A stretch of DNA of 64,000 nt from Candidatus Binataceae bacterium (GTDB lineage: Bacteria > Desulfobacterota > Binatia > Binatales > Binataceae). This document shows positions 17,502 to 26,874 of this stretch, piece after piece. The translations under genes and the position numbers were made by a program. Under the pieces are notes generated by a model, which saw nothing but the letters and a program-made list of their open reading frames with translations, was not told the origin of the DNA and did no database searches. Position 1 is the stretch's first letter. Every line of letters begins with the position of its first letter. The DNA lies in the NCBI GenBank assembly GCA_963789715.1, contig CAWBLQ010000012.1, positions 132,333-196,332 of the forward strand, read 5' to 3'.

Positions 17502-18023
17502 CTAGGGTTGCTGGGTGCCGCTGTTGTCGAGCCCGTCACGGCTTTGGGGAGTATCGAGCCCGCTGCGGTCGTAGGTTGAATCGAGCCCGTTGCGATTGTC
17601 GTTGAACAAGCTGGGCGGAAAGCGATCCGTCGTAGGCGACAGCCCGGTATCGTCGAGGAATCGATCCTTATCGGGAAACCTGGCGGAAGAATCGCCGAAT
17701 CTGCTCGCCGCGCCGGTTGCGCCAAACGCCGACCCCGGCCAGCGCGATTCCGCGGTCGATAGGCTCGCCATCGAGCCCGCGCGCGAATCGAAATCCGAAC
17801 CCGCGCCGGAAGCCGACGCGGCGCCGGCCCTATCTTCAAAGCTGCCACCCAAACCATTGGCGCCCCAGGTGTCCGAGCCTCCGCCGGCGCCCATCGAGCC
17901 GCCCCCGGTTGCGACTCCCGCCGTACTCGCGTACTCGCCCATCGTCTGCGCGCCGGCACGCGGCGTGAATGGTGCAAGCACCGCTATCAGCGCAGCCGGC
18001 ACGGCCAGCTTGATGAGTCTCAT
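17502..18023 (-). CDS. Secreted low-complexity hypothetical protein with short repeats
   Basis: SD GGGAGG, signal peptide ending AGA-Q, G/S/A-rich body, RF and GLD repeats. Confidence 0.65.
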   Translation of the reverse strand: MRLIKLAVPAALIAVLAPFTPRAGAQTMGEYASTAGVATGGGSMGAGGGSDTWGANGLGGSFEDRAGAASASGAGSDFDSRAGSMASLSTAESRWPGSAFGATGAASRFGDSSARFPDKDRFLDDTGLSPTTDRFPPSLFNDNRNGLDSTYDRSGLDTPQSRDGLDNSGTQQP

Positions 18024-18196
18024 GGCGTTCGACCTCCCCTGAGCCTACTGCCAGTAACGTTTGGTACTGTAATCGTAGCGTCAAGGACGAGGCAATAACC
18101 CTCCAACGCGGCCGTGGATGGACGCCGGCGCTTGAGACGGATCAACCCGCGCGGTTAATCTTAAAACGATCTTCAGGAAAGATACTCAAGACTGAC

Positions 18197-19489
18197 GTGG
18201 ACGAAATTGAAATCGCGCCCTTGACCGCCCCGCTCGACGCCCGCGTGGTGCTGCCCGGCTCCAAGAGCATCACGAATCGAGCGATGGTTCTGGCCGCGCT
18301 GGCGCAGGGACGGTCGGTCATCGACTCGGTTCTGCTGAGCGACGACACGCGCTACATGAGTGACGCGCTGCGGGTGATGGGCTTTACCGTCGAGATCGAC
18401 GAGGCCGCGCGCCGAATCACGGTCAGCGGCCGCGGCGGGACGATTCCGGCGCGTGGCGGCGAGATTTTCGTCGGCGGGGCAGGCACCGTGATGCGGTTTG
18501 TCGTCGCGATGGTCACGCTTGGCGAGGGACGCTTTCGGATCGACGGAAATCAGCGGATGCGTCAGCGTCCGATCGGTCCGCAGCTCGACGCGATGCAGCG
18601 CCTGGGCGCGAGCGTATACAGCGAGCGCAACAACCACTGCCCGCCGGTGATCGTCGATGCGTCCCGGGCGCGCTTCGAAGGCGGCGAAACTTCGGTCGAC
18701 GCGCGCGCGTCGTCGCAATTCGTCTCGGCGATGCTGATGCCGGCTCCGATTTGGAAGGCCGGCCTCAAGCTCCGGGTGATCGGCGATACCGCGCGGCCGT
18801 TCATCGAGATGACGCTGCGGACGATGGAGGCATGGGGAGCGCAGAGCTCGTCCGACGGCGAGATGATCGTGGTGCCGGGCGGTCAATGGTATCGGGCGCA
18901 GCGTTTCGTCGTCGAGCCGGACGCGTCGAGCGCGAGCTACTTTGCGGCGGCAGCGGCGCTGGTCGGCGGGCGGGTGCGAATCGAGGGCCTGACCTCGAAC
19001 TCGGTGCAGGGTGACATCGGTTTTCTCGGCGTGCTTCAGCAGATGGGCGCGCGCGTTTTGTGGCATCCCGACCACGTCGAGGTCGTCGGGACCGGGCGGC
19101 TCAGCGGCGTCGACGTCGCGATGAACTCGATGCCGGACATGGTGGCGACGCTCGCCGCGATTGCCCCGTTTGCTTCATCGCCGACGAAAATCCGCCGCGT
19201 CGCGTTCATTCGGCAGCATGAAAGCGATCGCATCCGCGCACTCGCGACCGAACTGAGGCGGCTCGGCGCAACGGTTGTCGAGAACGAAGACGGACTCGAA
19301 ATTGCGCCGTCGGCGATGCATCCGGCGGTAATCGAGACCTACGACGATCATCGAGTCGCGATGAGTTTCGCGGTGACGGGTCTGAAACTCGGCGGGGTGA
19401 AGATCAAAGATCCCGGCTGTGTCGCGAAGACGTTCCCGGACTTTTTCGACCGGCTCGCGGCGCTGAGGGTCGGTTCGCAGGCGGGCTAG
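18197..19489 (+). CDS. aroA: 3-phosphoshikimate 1-carboxyvinyltransferase (EPSP synthase)
   Basis: PGSKSITNR, AGTVMRF, SSQFVSA, EPDASSASYF, HESDRI, TYDDHRVAMSF. Confidence 0.96.
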   Translation: MDEIEIAPLTAPLDARVVLPGSKSITNRAMVLAALAQGRSVIDSVLLSDDTRYMSDALRVMGFTVEIDEAARRITVSGRGGTIPARGGEIFVGGAGTVMRFVVAMVTLGEGRFRIDGNQRMRQRPIGPQLDAMQRLGASVYSERNNHCPPVIVDASRARFEGGETSVDARASSQFVSAMLMPAPIWKAGLKLRVIGDTARPFIEMTLRTMEAWGAQSSSDGEMIVVPGGQWYRAQRFVVEPDASSASYFAAAAALVGGRVRIEGLTSNSVQGDIGFLGVLQQMGARVLWHPDHVEVVGTGRLSGVDVAMNSMPDMVATLAAIAPFASSPTKIRRVAFIRQHESDRIRALATELRRLGATVVENEDGLEIAPSAMHPAVIETYDDHRVAMSFAVTGLKLGGVKIKDPGCVAKTFPDFFDRLAALRVGSQAG

Positions 19490-19501
19490 CGCGCGTCCCG
19501 C

Positions 19502-20630
19502 TCAGGCTTCGCCGAGGGCGGCGCGAATCGAGCTATGGAAATGATCGAGCGCGTTCTCGTAGCGCCCGTAAACCACTTTTCTGATCGCGCCGGACTCGAA
19601 GCCGTGCTGAATCCCCTCGCCCAGCGTAAAATCCTGGTCGACCACGCCGAGCAGCAGATCCATCGTGCGCGACCATTTCGGCGACGGCTCGGGCGCCAGG
19701 ATGCTGATCGCAACGGCGCTCTCGCCAACGTGCGCGCCGGCCGGAAAGATGCGGTAGATCTCAGCGTGATCGGATTGCATCACGAGGATGGTGTTGGGAA
19801 ACAGGTTCATCAGGATGGTCGCGTGCGCAATCAGATCCCACTTCTCTTCGGGAAGATCGCGCAGCTTCTCGATCGACTTGCGCACGCCGATGTAGCGGGT
19901 GTTGCGCCCGAACGCGTCGAACATCGCGAGATTCTTCACGAACAGCGGGCCCACATTTCGCGCGTGCAGCACCTTTATGTGGTACGCCTCCCAAAATGTG
20001 TCGCTGACCAGCTTCCAGTTCATCCGGCGGCGGACGACGCGCGTTTCCTGATGCGCAAAACGAGCCGATGCCGTATGATTCGATGTCCTGGCCGAGCCCG
20101 GCCAGCATCGCGTCGATGTCGATCGCGTCGCCCGGCGCCGGCGTCACGAAGATGAGGCCGTACTTCTCGGCGACCGGCAGCGGGACCAGGCCGCTCGCCG
20201 TGCGATCGAGTCCTTCGAATCCGTAGTCGTCGGGAATCGCGACGAGGCGCCCGTCGGTGTCGTAGCTCCAGCCGTGATAGGGGCATGAAAACAGCTTCGC
20301 CACGCGGCCGCATCCGGCGGCGAGCTGCGCGCCGCGATGGCGGCAGACGTTGACGAAGGCGCGGAGCTGGCCGGAGGTATTTCGCACGATCAGGATTGGC
20401 ACGGGGGCGAGATCCTCGGCCAGGTAGTCGCCGGGATTCGGAATCTGCGAGCTGAAGCCGGCGACGATCGGATGATGGCGAAACAGCACCTCGCGTTCGC
20501 GGGCGGCGCGCTCAGGCGAGGTGTAGGCGGAGGTGTCGTTGCGGGTGAATCGATCGGCGATCGGGGGCATGCCGCGATCGATGGCGTCGAAGATCTGGTG
20601 AATGAGCTGGACCTGGGTTGAATGCTTCAT
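19502..20630 (-). pseudogene. Rieske non-heme iron ring-hydroxylating oxygenase alpha subunit, frameshifted (possibly a sequencing error)
   Basis: NVCRHRG and CPYHGW in ORF 19761..20630; NWK...EAYH...H in ORF 19502..20023. Removing one A from the run at 20057-20060 joins the frames. Confidence 0.85.
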
Positions 20631-20773
20631 AGTTCGAGCTGGAGATTAGCAGGCGTGCGGGAAAAGTCGCGAGCCGCGAGTGGGGTGTCTCGATCGCTTG
20701 ACACATCCGGTTGTCTAGCGGCAGGCTCGATCGGCGGATAAGACCGGCGCCAATATTCGGGCCGGACGGTCTG

Positions 20774-21109
20774 ATGGGATTGAGGGTTCACAAATTCGGC
20801 AGAGCAGCGGCGCGCGCAATCGCGATTTTCGGCGCAGTGCTGTTGCTCGTGTCGCAGACCGTAGGCGCGGCACATTTTCATGAGGTTGCGGGTTCGCGCG
20901 ACGGCGTCGCAAGCGCCGCGCTCAGCGCCGACCCGGGATTTTGTCCGGTTTGTCAATTGGCGTTGCATTCGCCGGGCTCGGTCGCCGCCACGGTGACCGT
21001 CGCATGGGCGCCAGCGACGGCAGGGACGATATTCCTGGCCGCGCGAGTCCGGTCCGAGTCGCCGGTGTTCTCGGCGGCGCGCGTGCGTGCTCCGCCCGCA
21101 TCGAGCTAA
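20774..21109 (+). CDS. DUF2946/CruR-like leader protein with CxxC and C-terminal RAPP arrest motif
   Basis: Hydrophobic N-terminus, HFH, CPVCQLALH, C-terminal RVRAPPASS; directly upstream of a TonB-dependent receptor. Confidence 0.8.
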   Translation: MGLRVHKFGRAAARAIAIFGAVLLLVSQTVGAAHFHEVAGSRDGVASAALSADPGFCPVCQLALHSPGSVAATVTVAWAPATAGTIFLAARVRSESPVFSAARVRAPPASS

Positions 21110-21218
21110 GCCCCCTTTTTCGACAATCGAACTTGTTTTGGCGCACGTGACCGTTTCGCGCGACGCCACTCGCGTCTGAAGGGCGCGGGCGAAACATTCA
21201 GAGTTATGGGAGCTTACG

Positions 21219-23630
21219 ATGCGACGGAATTTTATTGCCGGGGTCTCGATTGCCGGGATCCTGATTCAACTGGCTATTTGCATGCCGGCGGTGGCGGCTG
21301 AACTGAAGACCACGACGACCACGAAATATCGAGTCACGGGCGTGGTGAAAGACGCGCTCGGCAGACCGCTCAAGCAAGCGGCGCTGTCTCTGCAGGCGTC
21401 GAGCGGGCGGGTGGTGGCTCATTCGACGAGCAACGACGAGGGAGAATTTTCGTTCAACGCGATCGCGCGCGGCACTTATGCGGTGGTGGCGAGCAAAGGC
21501 GGGTTCAAGACGGCGACGGCGATCGTGACGGTCTCGGCGAAGGGCGCTGCGCCGATGGTGCTCGCGATGGAAGCGGAGAAGGAAGTCAGCCTGAAGGTCG
21601 CGGCGACGCGGCTGAACCAGGCGCGCAACTCGCTGTCGCCGAACACCGGTGGCAGCAAGTACACGTTCACCCAGCAGGCGATCCAGGAGCTGCCGCAGGG
21701 CGCGAATACGCCTCTGAACCAGGTGATACTACAGGCGCCGGGCGTCGCGCAGGACTCGTATGGGCAGCTCCACGTGCGCGGAGACCATGCCAATCTTCAG
21801 TACCGCGTAAATGGGGTCCAGCTTCCCGAAGGCATAACCGGGTTTGGACAGGTGCTCAGTCCGCGCTTCGCACAATCGATCAGCCTGCTGACGGGTGCGC
21901 TGCCGGCAGAATACGGCCTGCGCACGGCCGGGGTAATCGACATCAAGACCAAGGATGGGCTGCTCGACCCGGTCGCCGACGTGGATTTTTACGGCGGGCA
22001 GCGCGGGACGACTGAGCCGAGCTTTGAGTACGGCGGGTCGAAGGGCAACTTCAGCTATTTCATGACGGGGCAGTACCTGGGCACCGATCGCGGAGTCGAG
22101 CCGCCGACGTCAGGACCCACGGCGATTCACGACACCAGCAACCAGGGCGCCGGCTTCGGATACTTCTCGTACTTTCTGAATTCGACGACGCGGCTGAGCC
22201 TGATCACGGGAACCGCGATCAATCACTTTCAGATTCCCGCGAACCCGAATCAGCCCCAGATTTTCGAGCTGGCAGGGGTGCCGGTCTATCCGTCGGCGAA
22301 AGTCCGCGAGAACCAGTCCGAGCAAAACTATTTCGGCGTGCTGGCGCTGCAGGGCGTCATTGGAGAAAATGTCGACTACCAGATCGCGCCGTTCAGCCGA
22401 TACTCGGCGGTTACTTTCAATCCCGACCACGTGGGCGACCTGATTTATGATGGCGCCGCGGCGAGAGTTTTTCGCAGCGACTGGGGCAACGGTTTTCAGC
22501 TCGACACTGCTTATCACGGGATTGCCAATCATACATTTCGCCTCGGCGGGTATTTCGACGCGGAGCGCGCCGAGATCGACAATCACGAGTCGACCTTCAA
22601 GGCCTTCCCCGATGGCACCCAGATGCCTCCTTTCGTACCGATCTCGTTCGTTGACGATGTCGCGCTGCAGACCTGGATTTACAGCGGCTATATGCAGGAC
22701 GAATGGAAGCTGTCGGAGAAACTCACGTTTAACTATGGCGTCCGCTTCGACTTGTACGACGGCCTGGTGCGAGCAGATCAGGCCAGTCCCCGCGCTGCGG
22801 CGGAGTACAAGCTGTTCAAGGGCACCACGCTGCACGCCGGCTACTCGCGCCAGATGACGCCTCCGGAGACCGAGCTGGTGCTGATCAGCGATATCAAGCA
22901 GCTCGAGGGCACGACAGGAGCGCCTCCGTCGAAAGGCAACGGCACTCCGACGGTCGAGCGCGACCATCTATTTGACGCGGGAGTGACGCAAGAGATCATG
23001 TCCGGACTGAACGTCGGGATCGATTCGTACTACAAGAAGGCGGCGGACCTGATCGACGAAGGGCAGTTCGGGCCGGCGCTGATCTTCGAAACGTTCAACT
23101 ACCGCAAGGGGCGCGTTTGGGGAGTCGAGTTCACGGGCTCGTACTCTCATGAAAATATCTACGCGTATGAGAACTTCGCCTATAGCGTCGCGCAGGGCAC
23201 GCAGGTGGAGTCGGGGCAATTCAACTTCGCGCCGGACGAACTGCGGTACATCAATAGTCATTATATCTTTCTGGATCACGACCAGACGTTCACCAACTCC
23301 GCCGGGGCGGTATACAACTGGCGTGGCTGGATGTTCAGCATCGACGGGATTTACGGCAGCGGGCTGAGGAGCGGGTTCGCTAACACGGGAAACCTGCCAT
23401 TCTATATCCAGGTCGATGCCGGCATCACCAAGCGCGTGCCGGTACCCAACAATGGCGGGGTGCTCGAGTTTCGCGGCGCGATCGTGAATCTGAACGACCG
23501 CACTTACCTGGTTCGAAACGGCACCGGGATCGGCGTGTTTGCCGATCAATTCGGGCCTCGCCGGGCGTTGTACGGCGGGATAAAATGGGAACTTCCATTT
23601 ACAAAACCCGCGAGCGTGCAGGCGCCATGA
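21219..23630 (+). CDS. TonB-dependent receptor with N-terminal carboxypeptidase-regulatory-like domain
   Basis: Signal peptide, GVVKD..G.PL, plug motifs APGVAQDSYGQLHVRGDH and GALPAEYG.RTAGVIDI, barrel motifs. Confidence 0.9.
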   Translation: MRRNFIAGVSIAGILIQLAICMPAVAAELKTTTTTKYRVTGVVKDALGRPLKQAALSLQASSGRVVAHSTSNDEGEFSFNAIARGTYAVVASKGGFKTATAIVTVSAKGAAPMVLAMEAEKEVSLKVAATRLNQARNSLSPNTGGSKYTFTQQAIQELPQGANTPLNQVILQAPGVAQDSYGQLHVRGDHANLQYRVNGVQLPEGITGFGQVLSPRFAQSISLLTGALPAEYGLRTAGVIDIKTKDGLLDPVADVDFYGGQRGTTEPSFEYGGSKGNFSYFMTGQYLGTDRGVEPPTSGPTAIHDTSNQGAGFGYFSYFLNSTTRLSLITGTAINHFQIPANPNQPQIFELAGVPVYPSAKVRENQSEQNYFGVLALQGVIGENVDYQIAPFSRYSAVTFNPDHVGDLIYDGAAARVFRSDWGNGFQLDTAYHGIANHTFRLGGYFDAERAEIDNHESTFKAFPDGTQMPPFVPISFVDDVALQTWIYSGYMQDEWKLSEKLTFNYGVRFDLYDGLVRADQASPRAAAEYKLFKGTTLHAGYSRQMTPPETELVLISDIKQLEGTTGAPPSKGNGTPTVERDHLFDAGVTQEIMSGLNVGIDSYYKKAADLIDEGQFGPALIFETFNYRKGRVWGVEFTGSYSHENIYAYENFAYSVAQGTQVESGQFNFAPDELRYINSHYIFLDHDQTFTNSAGAVYNWRGWMFSIDGIYGSGLRSGFANTGNLPFYIQVDAGITKRVPVPNNGGVLEFRGAIVNLNDRTYLVRNGTGIGVFADQFGPRRALYGGIKWELPFTKPASVQAP

Positions 23631-23675
23631 AACGCAACTCGGCGCCGGGCGTCAGATCGTAAGGAGAACTGATTA

Positions 23676-24347
23676 ATGCAGGAGCTAGGAGTAGCGTGGA
23701 ACGCGATCAGGTACGGCGGCGCGATGGTGTATCCGCTGCTGGGGCTGGGCGTCCTCGCAATTGCGATAATTATCGACCGAAGCGTGCTCTATGCGCGATG
23801 CCTGCGGCTGCCGTCGACAGTCGCCGAACTGGTCGAGACGTTCGGATTTTCGTGGGCCGAACTCGAAAAGCAATTGCACAAACTCGGGCCGCGCAACGCG
23901 TATGGACGCTTCCTTCAAGTGATCGCCGACAATCGCAACAAGCCCGCATGGTGGGTCGAATCGAGGGCGGGCGACGAGGCCGGTCGAATTGAGAAGACGC
24001 TCACGCGCGGACTGTGGGTGCTCGAGACGATTGTGACGGGGGCGCCGCTGCTGGGCCTGCTCGGCACTATCACGGGCATGATGCAATCGTTCAACGTGAT
24101 CGGAGCGTCAACCCTGGTTGCGCCGACGCAAGTAACGGCGGGCGTGGCGCAGGCGCTGATTGCGACGGCGCTCGGTCTGCTGATCGCGGTGATCTCACTG
24201 TTCGCGTTCAACCTGTTTTCGCGGATGCAAACGCACGCGCTCGACGTGATGGAGCGGCTGGGCTCGCGGCTGGTCGATCACATACGGCTCGACCAGGAAG
24301 GCGGCAACGAGTCGGCGGTTGAGCGGCGTCAGGCGGTGGCGCGATGA
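23676..24347 (+). CDS. exbB: MotA/TolQ/ExbB proton channel protein
   Basis: APLLGLLGTITGMM.SF, GVAQALIATALGL. Confidence 0.88.
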   Translation: MQELGVAWNAIRYGGAMVYPLLGLGVLAIAIIIDRSVLYARCLRLPSTVAELVETFGFSWAELEKQLHKLGPRNAYGRFLQVIADNRNKPAWWVESRAGDEAGRIEKTLTRGLWVLETIVTGAPLLGLLGTITGMMQSFNVIGASTLVAPTQVTAGVAQALIATALGLLIAVISLFAFNLFSRMQTHALDVMERLGSRLVDHIRLDQEGGNESAVERRQAVAR

Positions 24348-24372
24348 GCGCACTGGGCGGCGCGGAAATGCG

Positions 24373-24774
24373 ATGAAGTTGCAAAGAGCGCGCCATTTTC
24401 GTCACGGGCGAATCGAAATCATCCCGATGATCGACGTGATGTTCTTTCTGCTGGTGACGTTCATGCTGGCGTCGCTGTCGATGCAGACTCTCAACTCGAT
24501 CACGGTCAATCTGCCCAAGGGCGACGCCGAGTCGCTGGAGCATCGCGAGCCGATCACCCTGACGGTCACGCACGACAATCACATCTTCGTCGACAAGACC
24601 CCGACCACGCTCGAGCAACTGGCGTTCGTGCTCAAGCCGCTGCTCAAGGCGAATGACCTAGGCGTAGTGGTCAACGCCGACGGCGATGCGGCCGAAGGCA
24701 CGGTAGTGCAGGCGATGATCCAGGCGCGGCGCGCGGGCGTCGAGCATTTTCTGATTGCGGTGAAGCGTCAATAA
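24373..24774 (+). CDS. exbD: Biopolymer transporter ExbD
   Basis: IEIIPMIDVMFFLLVTFM, VNLPK, NAD. Confidence 0.9.
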   Translation: MKLQRARHFRHGRIEIIPMIDVMFFLLVTFMLASLSMQTLNSITVNLPKGDAESLEHREPITLTVTHDNHIFVDKTPTTLEQLAFVLKPLLKANDLGVVVNADGDAAEGTVVQAMIQARRAGVEHFLIAVKRQ

Positions 24775-25517
24775 TGACCGATGCGGCGCGCATCCTTATT
24801 CGTTTGCCGGAGTTGGACGAACCGGCGCGGCGCCTGCTGTGGATCATCCCGGCAGCGATCGCGATCTGGACGATCCTGCTGAGCGGGTTTTCGCTCATTT
24901 TGATGCGCACCAAGGCGCCGCCGGCGGAGCTGAAGCCGATCGATGCGCGGCTGATCGAGATACCGCCGGACGTCGGCGGTCTGCAGGGCAACGGCGGCGC
25001 GGTCCATCCGGCGGCGCCGGCGATTCCTCATCCAAAGGCCGCACCCATCGTCAGACCTCATCCGGTGATTCACGTGAAGAAGGTCGCGCCGCTGCCGCCG
25101 GTGATTCGCTCTCCCTACGGCACCGAAAAGTCGACGGCGGCTCCGGGCGTCGAGGAGACACCTGGCGCGAGCTCGGGGAGCGCGGCTGAGAGCGGCGCGA
25201 GCGGGGGTTCGGAGACGGGCGAAGGATCGGGCGGCGGGATCGGCAGCGATACGGTGGGCGCGCGGGCGATTTACGCGCCGACGCCGGTGATACCGGACGA
25301 TCTTCGCGAGGATGTGATTCAGACCGAGGCCGTCGCGCGCTTCAACGTGTCGTTCGACGGCACCAGCGTGGTCACGCTGGAACAGCCGACCTCGAGTCCG
25401 CGCCTGAACCAGGTGCTGCTCGACACGCTCAAGCAGTGGAAGTTTTTCCCGGCGGTGAAGAACGGCGTCGCGATTGTGTCGTCGTTCGAAGTTCGAATAC
25501 CTATTTCAGTTCAGTAA
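24774..25517 (+). CDS. tonB: Energy transducer TonB
   Basis: N-terminal TM segment, Pro-rich linker, C-terminal domain ..LKQWKFFPA.KNG. Confidence 0.82.
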   Translation: MTDAARILIRLPELDEPARRLLWIIPAAIAIWTILLSGFSLILMRTKAPPAELKPIDARLIEIPPDVGGLQGNGGAVHPAAPAIPHPKAAPIVRPHPVIHVKKVAPLPPVIRSPYGTEKSTAAPGVEETPGASSGSAAESGASGGSETGEGSGGGIGSDTVGARAIYAPTPVIPDDLREDVIQTEAVARFNVSFDGTSVVTLEQPTSSPRLNQVLLDTLKQWKFFPAVKNGVAIVSSFEVRIPISVQ

Positions 25518-25518
25518 A

Positions 25519-26706
25519 TCACGCGGCGCAGCACAGGCGTTCGATCACCTTGTGAATCATCGCAGGGCCGCGTTCGAAGGCGTCGCGGCGGACGTGCTCG
25601 TTGGGCTGATGCGCCTGATCGAGATCGCCGGGGCCGCAGATGAGCGAGGTGATGCCCGCGCCGGTGAACCATCCGCCGTCGGTGGCATAGAGCGCGCCGC
25701 CAGAGGTGTTCGCGCCGGTGACGGCGAACAGCGCGGCTTCCAGAGCCGACCCGCGCGGCGAGTCGAGCGGCGGCACGACGTTCAGCAGCGCGATTTCGAT
25801 TTTCGCGCGATGCTCGCGGCCGGCATAGTCGAGGCCGTCGAGCGCGTCGAGCCGGCGCTCGATCTCACGGTAAACGTCGAGCGGATCGGCGTCGGGCAGC
25901 GCGCGATAGCTGGTGCGCAGCCTGCATTCCTCGGCGATCATGTTGAGCGCGATTCCGCCGCGCACCGTCCCGAAATTCAGCACGTCGTGCGGCGCGTCGG
26001 GAAAAATCTCGGCATATTCGGCGGGCCGGCGCGCGGCGAGCTCCTGCTGATAGCGGCCGATGGTGTCGATGACGCGGGCCATCACGGCAATCGCGTTGAC
26101 GCCCCGGGCCGGTGCGCCGCTATGGCCGCCGATGCCGCGGACGGTTACGCCGAACGAAACGATGCTCTTGTGCGCGTGAGACACTCCCCACGAAGTCGGC
26201 TCGCCGATCCACGCCAGGCGAGGGACGGGAGTGTCGCTCAGGATTTGTTCGAGCGCCGGCGCGACGCTATGAGCGCCGAGACACCCGACTTCCTCGCTCG
26301 CGGTGAAGACAAAGACCAGCGGCCGCTTGAGCCGGGCCGAATCGAGGGTGCGCGCCGCGTCGAGGCATTGCGCGATGAACCCTTTCATGTCGGTGGTGCC
26401 GCGGCCGTAGATTCGCTCGCCGGCGACTTCGAGCTTGAGCGGCGCGCGGTCCCATCCGGGCTGTCCGTCGAAGGGGACGGTGTCGACGTGTCCGGAAATT
26501 ATCAGGCCGTCGGCGCGCGGCGGTCCAAGCCATGCTACCAGGTTGGTCTGCGCGACTCCGAGCAGCTCGACCGGTTGGAGCGCGGTTTTGAATCCCCGCG
26601 GCGCGAGCTCGCCCGCAATATATTCCATCGCGTCTCGGTCGCTTTTCGCGCTGACCGTGTCGAACGCGACCAGCCGGCTTGCGACGTCATACAAATAATC
26701 AACCAT
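25519..26706 (-). CDS. argE: M20 family metallopeptidase, acetylornithine deacetylase-like
   Basis: SGHVDTVP, YGRGTTDMKGF, EEVGCLG, IGEPT, GPGDLDQAHQPNE. Confidence 0.8.
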   Translation of the reverse strand: MVDYLYDVASRLVAFDTVSAKSDRDAMEYIAGELAPRGFKTALQPVELLGVAQTNLVAWLGPPRADGLIISGHVDTVPFDGQPGWDRAPLKLEVAGERIYGRGTTDMKGFIAQCLDAARTLDSARLKRPLVFVFTASEEVGCLGAHSVAPALEQILSDTPVPRLAWIGEPTSWGVSHAHKSIVSFGVTVRGIGGHSGAPARGVNAIAVMARVIDTIGRYQQELAARRPAEYAEIFPDAPHDVLNFGTVRGGIALNMIAEECRLRTSYRALPDADPLDVYREIERRLDALDGLDYAGREHRAKIEIALLNVVPPLDSPRGSALEAALFAVTGANTSGGALYATDGGWFTGAGITSLICGPGDLDQAHQPNEHVRRDAFERGPAMIHKVIERLCCAA

Positions 26707-26874
26707 GATGGCACCGGGGCAGGAACTTCGGTCTGGAGAATCGCACAATTGACCGGTCGATAACAAATCGATGTCTTATAACATGGCGGAAATACTCGTG
26801 TATCGATGATTGTGGTGCAAGGATAGGCAATGGACCTCGCGGACGGCTAGAATGCGTGGCCAGGATGGGGGCGG

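Noticed and set aside
20040-20065. Programmed frameshift or phase variation in the Rieske gene
   Set aside because: A run of only four bases with no evident stimulatory structure; a sequencing error or simple mutation is more likely.
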